Source: Octopus vulgaris | Lineage: Eukaryota | Direction of reading: 5' to 3' | Assembly (NCBI GenBank): GCA_951406725.2 | Contig: OX597816.1 | Span: forward strand, 96,162,001 to 96,226,000 | Length of the DNA: 64,000 nt | Shown here: one piece after another, positions 38,631 through 50,890 of the stretch | Numbering within the stretch: position 1 is the first letter of the stretch | Layout of the letters: every line of letters begins with the position of its first letter | The notes under the pieces: model-generated | The model's input: only the letters and a program-made list of their open reading frames with translations | Told to the model about the DNA's origin: nothing | Database searches by the model: none | Translations under genes and position numbers: made by a program

Positions 38631-40334
38631 AATAACATGATTGCTTACGCTTCGAAATTTTCGCACGACTTTCATATACTTATATTACATAAGGAAAAAT
38701 ATATCTAGATCTTAATGCTGAATTCGATCTATGACCGAAAAATATTTGATATATATGCAAGGAGTTGTATGAGAACATTCATTTACGAACAATATTAATT
38801 TTCGTATTTATAAAAATACTCTGTCGATAAAAGCGAGATAATTTTCTAGAATCTTAACTACGTCGTTCAGAAGATTTGTGAAAGGCCTACATTTACGATA
38901 AGTAATATTATTATTATCAGGAGTTAATGGTAAATATATAAGAATGTGTGGGGACACATCTACGCTGCCGATGTGGGTATACACAAGACATATACATATA
39001 AATATACACTGTGCAATCTTAAGGAATGGGAACGCTGGGAAGTTGCCTAGGCTCCCTACGTGTCTAAGGGCACTATTCTGAACTATGTATGGTGTATCTT
39101 GCTGCCAATAAGTAAAGACTATATAGCTCGGTGTATTGATTTGCCCTGGGGCCAGTAATGCTACTAGAATGGCCTGGATATACATTCGTGTATAAAACAA
39201 AAATGGACCAGATTAATTTTTTTAAACATCCTGTGTGATAATTATTTTATAATATTCTAAATATTTAAGGCAGTAAACCGATAAAATCATTTGAGTAAAC
39301 AGATAAAATCAATTTACCTTACATCCTTTCTCGGTCAATTAAATAAAGTTCCAGTCAAATACTATCGACTAGTCCACTCATTTCAAAACTGCTGGCCTTG
39401 TACCTAAATTAGAAACTATTATACATATATATATATATATATATATATATGTTATATATATTATTATATTTACTATTATATATATATTAAACAGCTATAA
39501 AAGCTGAAAACGTCTGCAAATTAACATGGAAAATCAGGTCTCTCAGCTTTCGGTAGGTTAACCAGTCTTTTGGGTAAACCATCAAATATATATCGTCCTA
39601 TATATGCTTCACAACTTCTTACAATTAATTAAATTTTGTAAATTTTCTACCAGCAATTTTGTACCCAAAACATTTACGAGTATTGTTTAAGGGATTCAAA
39701 TATGGACGTGACTGGGTTAGTTTACAAGGAAATTTGCTTTACACACACATACAAATACATACACATATACAAGTATTTGGGGTTTTCAGTATAAGCAAGT
39801 GCACTGTGTTGCTGAAGATCGAATTTTCTTCATGAAATGATTTGTACAGTTGGAATGTAATCTCAAATATTTTTAGGTGGTATTTTACTTTCATACTTTA
39901 TAAGTGCATCAATACTTGCAATTAGAAATGCATCCTATAGTATGATTCCATCTCTCCATACCTTACAGTAGAAAGAACAAGATTTTATTCATTACTGCAA
40001 AGGACATTATGAAATCACTCTGAATCAGTTAAAATAGTTTGCCTGATTAGAACTATCTGTCCTCGATGTTTTCCTTGGTTGATAGTGGTATCATTGAGCA
40101 ACTTTTAGAGGAAAGACCACGATCTTTATACCATCTTGAAATAGTCCTTCTGGAAATAGTATTGTTTTCAGCAATTCGAAACTCTCTTTACATTTACTAC
40201 AAACTATTCTTTTTAAAATAAGAATTTCAGCCTTCTGTTATCTGTATTGCAATAGTTTTGGGGGGCTTCCGTATCTATACCTTGCTCGGCATTATCATGT
40301 GCAATATATCTAAAAACTGTTTGGGGTTAAATAC

Positions 40335-40495
40335 TCTTTACTCTTTTACTCTTTTACTTGTTTCAGTCATTTGACTGCGGCCATGCTGGAGCACCGCCTT
40401 TAGTCGAACAAATCGACCCCGGGACTTATTCTTTGTAAGCCCAGTACTTATTCTATCGGTCTCTTTTGCCGAACCGCTAAGTGACGAACCGCTAT
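40335..40495 (-). mobile_element. Family C SINE 3' tail, low divergence
   Basis: CTCTTTTACTTGTTTCAGTCATTTGACTGCGGCCATGCTGGAGCACCGCC is the reverse complement of the tail at 265-330. Confidence 0.85.
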
Positions 40496-43027
40496 TTATT
40501 TATTGTCCAGAAGTACATATCTGCATCAAATACACGAATTCTGTATACAAATAATCAAAATTGTCATTCTTGAAAATCTCGTGTAATTAGTTCTGATCTA
40601 TTAAAAATTACATTCAAATAACTTTGTTATTGATGATCAAGCAACCGGCAATTAAAATGATTTCAGTCGTAACACTTCGTCAAGACAGGAGAGAAAGCTA
40701 ATTTTAAGACTTTATTTATTTTTAATTTAAAAGTCAAATGACGTTGTAAGATTTGTAGAATACACTCCTACACCATGTGTTACTGTGTGTACATTATGTG
40801 TCTTTTTAAAAAACTAGGAACATAAAACATAATTAAAACATATATTATCTGATTCTTGGAGTGCTTTGCAGCCAGAAAAATATTCTAAAATGATAGATTA
40901 AGAAAGTAATTTTATGTTTTCTGTAAATAATTCTAAACTGAAATAGAACTAAATAAAATAAAACTAAGTTGGCATGCGCAGACTAATTTGGAACGGAGTT
41001 CAATAGTCGGAAACTGGAAAACAACCAACAAAATTCAACATTTTACCATTTGCAAATTTGTAACGTTAAATAGACATTTAATTACACGTAAAATAAATTG
41101 GTTTTCATTATACATAACTGAAATAGAAAGCATTGAGGTTTTAAATACGGACATTCAAAGTTGCCCTAAAGTATAGTTTTATGTGTTTTATATTAATTGA
41201 AACTGATTATTGTAAATGTTAATGAGAATGTCACTTCTTATTTACTTTTAAAGCTCTGTGATGTTAAGCGGGACAGATGATGGGGTAATTCGTATTTCTC
41301 TTGCAAGATTATTAAGTTTATAATGAAAGTTGTTCTAGGTTAAATTTAATGCTGAGAGGAACCGTTCTGAAAGCTAATTAAGAAAACTGAGAGCAGTGGT
41401 GAAATTCTCAATTTTTGATTTTGAATTAGTTTGAGTTGCAAGGAATCGCCAGTTTCATCTGGTACAAAATCAAAAGGAGTTTCGTAGATTCATATAACGA
41501 AGTTTGTTTTAAAACTTCCATCACCGCTTTTGAAGTTGCCTGAAAAGATGGGAACGCTCTGTAAAAACTTCACAGTCGATTTTGATTTTGTCCTTTCTCT
41601 AGTGGAAAGAGTAACAACTGCGGTTTTACATTTCGTTACAAACAGTTGCGGCATATATTCAAAACTCCTGATGATGGTATGAATACACATTACAACCTTG
41701 CAATTTCAAACAGAAAACATTTGTGTTCGTTGATATGGATCGAAGATGAAATATTCATAAAAATGTTTTAATTCTAATTCTGTAATGAGGAAACCTTTAC
41801 TTTCTATAAATAGTTTTTCAAATTTCAGATGTAAGAATGCGCTTTTCTCTCTGCAGAAAACATCACAATAGTAAAATTATTTCCATATTCCACTTCGAGA
41901 TCTTCCAAAATTCCTCAGGAAGTAAATGCACGTCATTACCACTTTCATTACATCATTCGTTATTAGAATTCTATTGGTTAATAAGTCAAGAACTCAAAGC
42001 ATCTTCAAAGCATTTGATTTAGTATTCTACTGCCTTGATCATCTCTTTTGCTTTCCAGCAGAAACAGTATCTGCAATCTTTAACGAATGTATCAAACGAC
42101 TGTCGTCCCATTTTCTTTGTATTAGTATAACTACTTTGTGACGTCTGCGCTGGTTTGAAAAGTTTTATTAAAATGTTTTGATAACTGATAGTCTCTACAC
42201 AGATTATTTATAAAATGAGAGCTGTTCTATATATTTCAGTGTTTCGGTGCTTTGTATTCACAATGTCGATCATTACTTTTTGAAGTACTATACCCGAAAC
42301 CTATAACCTTTGTTCTCCTCTTCAACCACGCACACGCCTAAACATTGACACACTTTCATTTACATCTATGACAAAATAGTTAATTATCTAGCCTGAAGCA
42401 TTTACTTTTACTAACATCAACCATTATTGTAGACGGGGCTAATTTTGTGCATTTTGTATTACTTCTTTGGGAAATCGTGAAATAAAAAATAGGAAACACA
42501 ATACAAAATGCAAATTACTAATTGTATTAAATGTGTAATTAACCTCATCAAATCGCACGAATTCCTACTCATCATGTCACGACAAACATTACAGCTCACG
42601 AATAACGTTTCATACCATATGGATATTATAGTTTTAGTGTTAAGAGTTATATGATCTTTCAGGTTTTAAAGAACTTGAACAGAAGAATTTTTACGAGGGC
42701 AAGATATCATTTATTATCTAGACTCAACTGCTATCTTTGGACTACACAGTAGCAACAGATTCAAAGTTTGTTGAGAAACTTTCTTAATGATATCAACAAT
42801 ATCAATAATATATATTCCCATTACATAGTAACATCTATTGTGCTTACGATAAATACCTATTTTATTTTGTTTGACATTCTGTCAGTCCATACGAAAATGG
42901 ATGGCCATACTTGGCTTTTTATTTATGTGCGTCTTTTGCATGTATAGTTGTAGATATCTGTCAGTTTACACATTTTAACTGTTTCCGCTAGTCTCTCTCT
43001 TGCTTTGCCACCTTACATACATACATG

Positions 43028-43079
<52 letters not shown>

Positions 43080-43742
43080 TATATATATATATTTATATAT
43101 ACACATATATATTCACATACATATATACATATATATATATTCACATACACATATGCACACATATATATATACACATACATACAAGCCTGCCTGCATACAA
43201 CGGAATAAAAAAGTAACTGAAGCAAAGAAACATACTTAATGCAAGAGCTGAATGTAGCGAAGCATACCGCACACATACACACCTACGCACACACGCACAT
43301 ACACGTGCGCGCGGACGCACAGGCACAGGCACATGCACATATATACATATAATTACACACACACACACACACATGCATTTAAATGCAATCCCTTACGCTC
43401 ACACACGTAAATGCATATATACACTCAGAGACGTATACTCGTACACACATTCATCAACAGGTAAATCTATTCGTATGTACATTCGTACGCTTAACATACA
43501 CATACATAGAAGCGTGCACAAGTACACAAACGCGCGCCCGCGCGCGCTCATTCTTATTACAAACTCCAGTTTCGTATTATGAATGTGAAGTCAGTATCGG
43601 AGTAAATTTATATGGACGTGTAAATGTGATTGCTCACGCGCACGCATGCGCGCCTGTGTGCGTGTGTGGTATTCTTCGCCATGTTCAAATTTTGTGTTAT
43701 TTTTACTTTTACAATTATTCTGTTTGAGTATATATATACATA

Positions 43743-43781
<39 letters not shown>

Positions 43782-43813
43782 GCATGTATACATACATTTA
43801 CATATATGCATAC

Positions 43814-43858
<45 letters not shown>

Positions 43859-44299
43859 GTGTATGTGTATGTGTGTATGTATGTGCGCGTGGGTGCCTCT
43901 GTGTGAGCGCTTGGGCATGTATTTATGTAGTTACATGTACGTGCCAGATGTATGTGTGCAAAGGTGAAAAGAAATGATATGTTCATTAGAGGCAGCCGTG
44001 AGAGACAAGTTAGTGATTTTAGTCGTAATGAAAATGTAATAGATCATTATTAGATGAAGTCTGCAAAAGAAGAAACATTACAAATCTATCTCAAACAGCA
44101 CGTTAAATTCTGCCTTTGCTTCATTTCTCCATGTATCTCTTATTATGAGAGAAACGTGACGTGTGGTGAGTCTGCAATATGTAGCCATTAGCCGTGATAA
44201 ATAATTGACACGGCATTAGATTAGCGAAAAATACATTGCGAGGATTTTGTGATATATAAATATATCTAAACAAAATATACAGTCTAAAAAAAGTAATGA

Positions 44300-44316
44300 T
44301 AACAAATGATAATAAT

Positions 44317-44364
<48 letters not shown>

Positions 44365-44490
44365 ATAATAATGATAATAATGATAATAATAATAATAATA
44401 TTAATAATAATAATAATAATAATAATGATAATAATAATAATAGTAATATTAATAATAATAATAATAATAATAATGATTATAATAATAATG

Positions 44491-44545
<55 letters not shown>

Positions 44546-44584
44546 TAATAATAATTATAATAATAATAATAATAATAATGATAA
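44300..44584. repeat. (AAT)n microsatellite at the LINE 3' end
   Basis: Directly visible. Confidence 0.97.
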
Positions 44585-46325
44585 TATTTTCTTTATTAGC
44601 CACAAGGGCCAAACACAAAAACAAAGAAAGACAATACAATAAGTGGTGTTTGACACAATGTCGAGTATACAATAAATAGCAATAACAATAAAATTAAACA
44701 ATAAGAATTCCCCTAGAAGTAGACAGGGACAGTCGAGGAACTCCATACATCCTGGTTACCCCGACATCCAGGTGCACCCCAGCAGGTGCCTCTCTCCTTC
44801 GTAACATCTCCCGATTGCAAGCGAAGGTTCAGTGTAGGTCCATTCACACAAGCAATCCTCGCAACCCTCACACACTTTTCAACAAAAATACAGGTGGGGC
44901 AGAACTTCTCTCTCGACCCTTTATTTCCTTTTGAAGTGGAACTTAAAAAAGGTGAAGAGGGCTCGAAAGCAGAGGATAGTATCTGTCTTCAGTCCTTTCC
45001 GTCTCGTGCAGCATACTATCTCCCTTGCCATAGCCACCAAATAGACGAAAACTACCTTTCCTTCTCTGCCAAAAGAAGGCAGTGGGGCGATCTTCACGAA
45101 GGACTCGGCTGATAACCGTATCCGTCCTGCACGCGTCAACATCTGTTCGACAAAGCTCCACAAGTGAGTAATGCCCGGACGGATGCTGGACAAGTCCATG
45201 CAAGATGGATTCGTCGCTCTGGGCCCACCTTGGACAGCACTTCAGTGTCTGTAGAACTTGTCTCGAACCAGCAGAGTTCCCCAGTAGCATTGCCAGGTCA
45301 AGGATTTCTGTAAGTTATCCATACGATTCAGCATGAAAGTCCTCCGGAAAAGACTAGTTAATTCATCCCTCCCGACGGCCAGAGTTTTCCCAACGACGTC
45401 GTCGCTCTTGTCCACCACTGCTCCTCTGTAGAACTCCATAGTAGAACTTCCACTGACCGCATTGCCCGACTGGCAGAGACCAGTGAGCGCTTGCCTACCC
45501 TGCGGGTGCTAAGCACCCTTTCTTGGTCTACGCCTGATCTAGTAATGTAGCTCCGTCAATGAGACGAGATGCGGAAAATCCTGTCTGACAGACGCTTACT
45601 ATTAAGAAAACGTTGAAAATGTCGCAGTCTCAGCGCAACTCTGCATATCACAAGTCATGGCATGCCAATCCTCTACTCAGCGGCTGCTGACAACGAGCGG
45701 AACACGTCCCTTCCATAGAAATTGGTAGAGCAAGGAACGATGGTCTGGAGGTAGTTGCCGATGGAAATTATGTGCGCATTCTCCACCTCCATCACACTCT
45801 TCAGGGACAATTTCCTTTCTGCCCATTTCTGCGTGAGACTGGCGACCTTGCTCGTAACCTCTACCATTTCTGTCCTCCTAGAGGTCCAGACCTAACCAAA
45901 TCAAAGGCAGAACAATTTAAACGGCCCTTTCATCCATTCCCCTACAACGCTGTCGGTTGACATAAACCTGCCTATCTAGGTGCCGAGCTACAGGCCCTTC
46001 AACTTGTCCTGTTAGTGCTTCGCACTCCTTAAGTGAGTGCCGATCACCTCTATTTCTGAGCTGTCCGACAGTATTACGGCGACGTCATCGGCGTAACCCA
46101 TCACGAACCTTTCGCATCTTAGATCACGCGGGGTGCCCTTCGAAATATCCCACTTCCTCGGTAATAGCTCCAGAACCAGCACATATAGACAGGGTGAGAG
46201 TAGGCAACCTTGAACGACCGAAAGAGCGATGCCAAACGATTCCAATACGTGGCCGTTTACTTTGGCCACCGCACAGATGTCGTTGTACATTCCAGCCTTT
46301 GAAAATGGGACCGAAACCGGCCACT
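44585..46325 (-). mobile_element. L1/Tx1-clade LINE, 5'-truncated ORF2 pseudogene with 3' end
   Basis: RT motifs VNGH..SVVQGCLLSPCLYVLVLE and YADDV (46012-46290), QKWAERKLSLKS (45673-45867), Cys-knuckle remnant CPRW..DESILHGL (~45200), and a 3' UTR ending AATAAAGAAAATA. Confidence 0.88.
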
Positions 46326-47797
46326 GTGAAATTAAACAACCTGTGGTTTATGGAAGACCTAAAGCTATTTGCTAAGACTGAGAAAGAAAGTGAGAGTTTG
46401 ACGGCAACTGTGCAGATGATTAACAAAGATCTTGACATGGAATTTGGGATAGATAAATATGATATAATTATTTTCAGAAGGGGGATAATCAGTAAAAAGC
46501 ATGGGATCAAGGTGGAAAATGGCGGAACTATAAAGGAAGTTGGAGACGAAGGATATATAGTACCTGAGTATCATTGAAAGAGATAAGATGAATGAACCCA
46601 AGATGAAAGAAATGTACACGTGAGAGTATTTGAGGAGAACTTGGCTTGTGCTCCAATCGAAGCTAAATAGCCTCTATAAGATTAGAGCAATTAGCACGTG
46701 GGCTGTTGCTTTGATGAGATATGGGGCAGGAATAGTATCTTGGAAGAAGCATAAATTACAAGAGAGAGAACACGTAAATTAATGACAATGAACAAGGAAC
46801 TACATGCCAAAAGTGATGTGTCAAGATTGCATGTAAAGAGGAAAGGAGGACGGGGATTGGTGTATTGTGAAGGTTGTGTAAGGAAAGGGGAGAATAGCCT
46901 CACTGGTTATGTCAAGGGGAGGAAAGAAGAAATGATTGAAGCAGTGAAAATGCAGGAAACCTTAAAAGTGAACAAAGCCGCAGATCCAACATAATTTAAG
47001 AAAGACCAGATGAAGAAAATTTGGTAGGACAAGAAAATGCACAGCCAGTTCTTGAAGAATAAAGAAGAGATTGATTGGAATAGAGCCTGGCAATAGCTGC
47101 AGAAAGGAGACCTAACAGGGCCCACTGAGGCATTAGTGTGAAGCGCTCAACAAGGGAGAAAGTATAAGCCATATTGTTAGTGAGTGCTGTAAGCTCGCGC
47201 AAAGCGAATATAAAAGGAGACACGACAATGTGGTCATATATGTCCACTTGCTGTTGTGCGGTAAAGCAGAACTCGAGAGAGCCGAACGATTGTATGAGCA
47301 CAAGCCAGAGGGAGTAATGGAAAACGAACATTACAAAATACTCTGGGATTTCAACATAAAGTGCGACCAAGCCATAGAGGTGAGACGGCCAAATATCGTG
47401 ATCATCCATAAAGATGAAAAAGAAGTTAATGGACGTTGCAATACTAGGAGATTCCAGGATGAAATGTAAGGAAACAGAAAAGAGTGAGAAATACCGGCTA
47501 CTGCGGGATGAGATAGAAAAGTTATAGGGCATGAAGAAAGTAATAGTAATACCGGTGGTAATTGGGGTATTACGAGCAGTTTCCAAGAGCTTTAAAACAC
47601 ATGTTAAGAATATTGGAGTTGCTGCCAGGCTCAAAGTGATCCAGAAGACAACATTGTTGGGTACAGCTTGCATTCTAAGGAGAGTATTGTCTCCTTGAGT
47701 CACAGAAGAAGGCACTACTTGAAATCTTTGGTGATTTGGTATTGCCTACTTTCAAGTAAAGAATAACCGGTAATCAAGAACTAACCGAGAGGCTTTC
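46326..47797 (+). mobile_element. R4/Dong-type (restriction-like endonuclease) LINE pseudogene fragment
   Basis: LNNLWFMEDLKLFAK..DMEFGIDK (RT), LHAKSDVSRLHVKRKGGRGL, KRRHDNV, YEHKPEGVMENEHYKILWDFNIKCDQAIEVRRPNIV, EKYRLLRDEI..VIVIPVVIG..QKTTLLGTACILRRVL. Ends in (AAC)n(AAT)n. Confidence 0.9.
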
Positions 47798-47799
47798 AT

Positions 47800-47892
<93 letters not shown>

Positions 47893-47896
<4 letters not shown>

Positions 47897-48380
47897 GCAA
47901 ATATTCTGCTCAATACCACAGATTTGCTTGTCAGTTGTTTGACCTTAACCAGTTGAGCATGTCCCTTAGTGGCTGACGATATGTGCATCTCTGATCACGA
48001 GCAGAAGTAGTAGGGGAGCATCATAGCCATGTGTTGAGAGGGATTCTTTGGGGTTTGAATAATTCACCTCTGGAAACATGGGTGCTCCTTTCACCATCCT
48101 TAAACAACCCTTATTTAGGGGCCGTTTGAGCGAGATGGGCTACTCAACCTGAAGAAAATTCTAACTGGGCCCCACCTGCAAGGTCATGTGCTGTTTATCT
48201 TGATATGAGATCACCATGTCGCGCACATATGGTTGTGATGCATGTGCCTGGTGTACTCTTATCAGACCGGTAGTCATGATGGGTATATTGGGCTTCGTAT
48301 ATTTTACCCCAGTGTCACTTTGATGGTATGAACTGCTCTCTCACTCAATAATAATAATAATAATAATTATAATAATAATA
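47893..48380 (+). mobile_element. Unclassified non-coding element flanked by (AAT)n, SINE-like
   Basis: ~455 bp of higher-complexity non-coding sequence ending CTCTCTCACTC(AAT)n, lying between two R4/Dong fragments. Confidence 0.55.
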
Positions 48381-48710
48381 GAAAAAGAACGCAAACGATG
48401 CTGCATCATAGATGTAGCATGCCCAGCTGACAACAAGGTATGCAATAAGGAAGAAAGAAAAGTCGATAGATATGACAGGTTAGCTTGGGAGGTTAAGCAG
48501 TTGTGATCGTGGGAAAAGGTGGTAGTAGTACCAATAATTGTCGGAACCCTGGGAACAGTGAGTAAAAATCTTGAGAACTAAATGGAACACTGCTTGGAAC
48601 CATTCGAATACACCGGATGATGCTCGAAAAATAAGGAATGTAACATTTGTTCACTGGTAGTAAACATCTGGCACCGCAGTGCATCTACAGCGTTAGAAGC
48701 TATGTAATAT
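48381..48710 (+). mobile_element. R4/Dong-type LINE 3' fragment
   Basis: CCIIDVACPADNKVCNKEERKVDRYDRLAWEVKQL..KVVVVPIIVGTLGTVSKNL, the C-terminal restriction-like endonuclease region. Confidence 0.85.
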
Positions 48711-48746
48711 TAATAATAATAATAATTATTATTATTATCATTATTA

Positions 48747-48792
<46 letters not shown>

Positions 48793-48799
48793 CGTAGTC

Positions 48800-48859
<60 letters not shown>

Positions 48860-48874
48860 ATGATGATGTTGATT

Positions 48875-48915
<41 letters not shown>
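48705..48915. repeat. Compound (TAA/TAG/TGA)n microsatellite
   Basis: Directly visible. Confidence 0.97.
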
Positions 48916-48916
48916 A

Positions 48917-49645
48917 GTATTGTGCTGGAAGCGCAGGACCAAGCACTGACTATGAATGAAAAAGTGTTTCCGCCGTGCCGAATCTGCAATAGAATGGACG
49001 AAACCATTGCCCATATCACTAAGGAAGGTCCTAGACTTGCCCAAAACCACAACAACCCACTACACTTTTTGGCGACACAACCAGATAGCGAAAGTGCTAC
49101 ATTGGAAATTGTGCGGAAAGTGGGGCTACAGAGACGCATGACGTTGTATGAGCACAAATTGCAGAGTCAGAGACTAGAAAAAGTATCTGGGATTTCCTAA
49201 TCCAAACAGATCAGATGCTAGAGCATAACAGACCGATCTAGTTGTGGTGGACAAGGTGCACCACATATGCTATATAGTTGATGTTGCATGACTCTTTGAC
49301 CCACGATTATTCAAGAAGGAAGGCGAAGACATAGATAAATACAACCCACTTAAGTACGAAATAGTCTGGCTATGGAAAATGAAGAAGGTTAAGATAGTAC
49401 CAATTATTGTTGGGGCCTTAAGAACAGCATCAGAAGGCATCTAGAAGAATATGAAAAAAATTGGAATAGAGAACACTGTAGAACTGTTACAAGAGGTTGC
49501 CTCCTTGGTACCTCCAGAATAATCAGGAAAGTATTAAATAGCTGAAAATAACGAATAGCATGGTGCCGTAGGCCGCAGATAGTAAGCTCGCTAGGCATGC
49601 AAGACTCCAGGAGCTCCAACCAAACCTGTGATAAAAAAGAAATTA
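48917..49645 (+). mobile_element. R4/Dong-type LINE 3' fragment
   Basis: LEAQDQALT..CRICNRMDETIAHITKE (CCHC), RHNQIAKVLHWKLCGKWG, WDFLIQTD..HNRP..CYIVDVA..DKYNPLKYEIVWLWKMKKVKIVPIIVG. Confidence 0.88.
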
Positions 49646-49666
49646 ATAATAATAATAATAACAATC

Positions 49667-49702
<36 letters not shown>

Positions 49703-49721
49703 TGATGATGATGATGATGAT

Positions 49722-49752
<31 letters not shown>

Positions 49753-50001
49753 ATTGATGATGATTGATAATGATGATGATGATGATTGATGATGATGATG
49801 ATGAGGATGATGATGATGATGATAATTTCTATATTAGCCGTTAGGAGTTGAAAAGAGAAAAAATAAGAAATTTCACGAAATGTTGTAAGGAGAGAGAATA
49901 TGATTTGGAGTGTGAAACAAAGCTCGATTACAAATTCGAAGGGAGGGGATAACAAAGGTTGCTCAATATATGGAATATAAGAATTTGAAAGATACAAGCA
50001 C

Positions 50002-50890
<889 letters not shown>

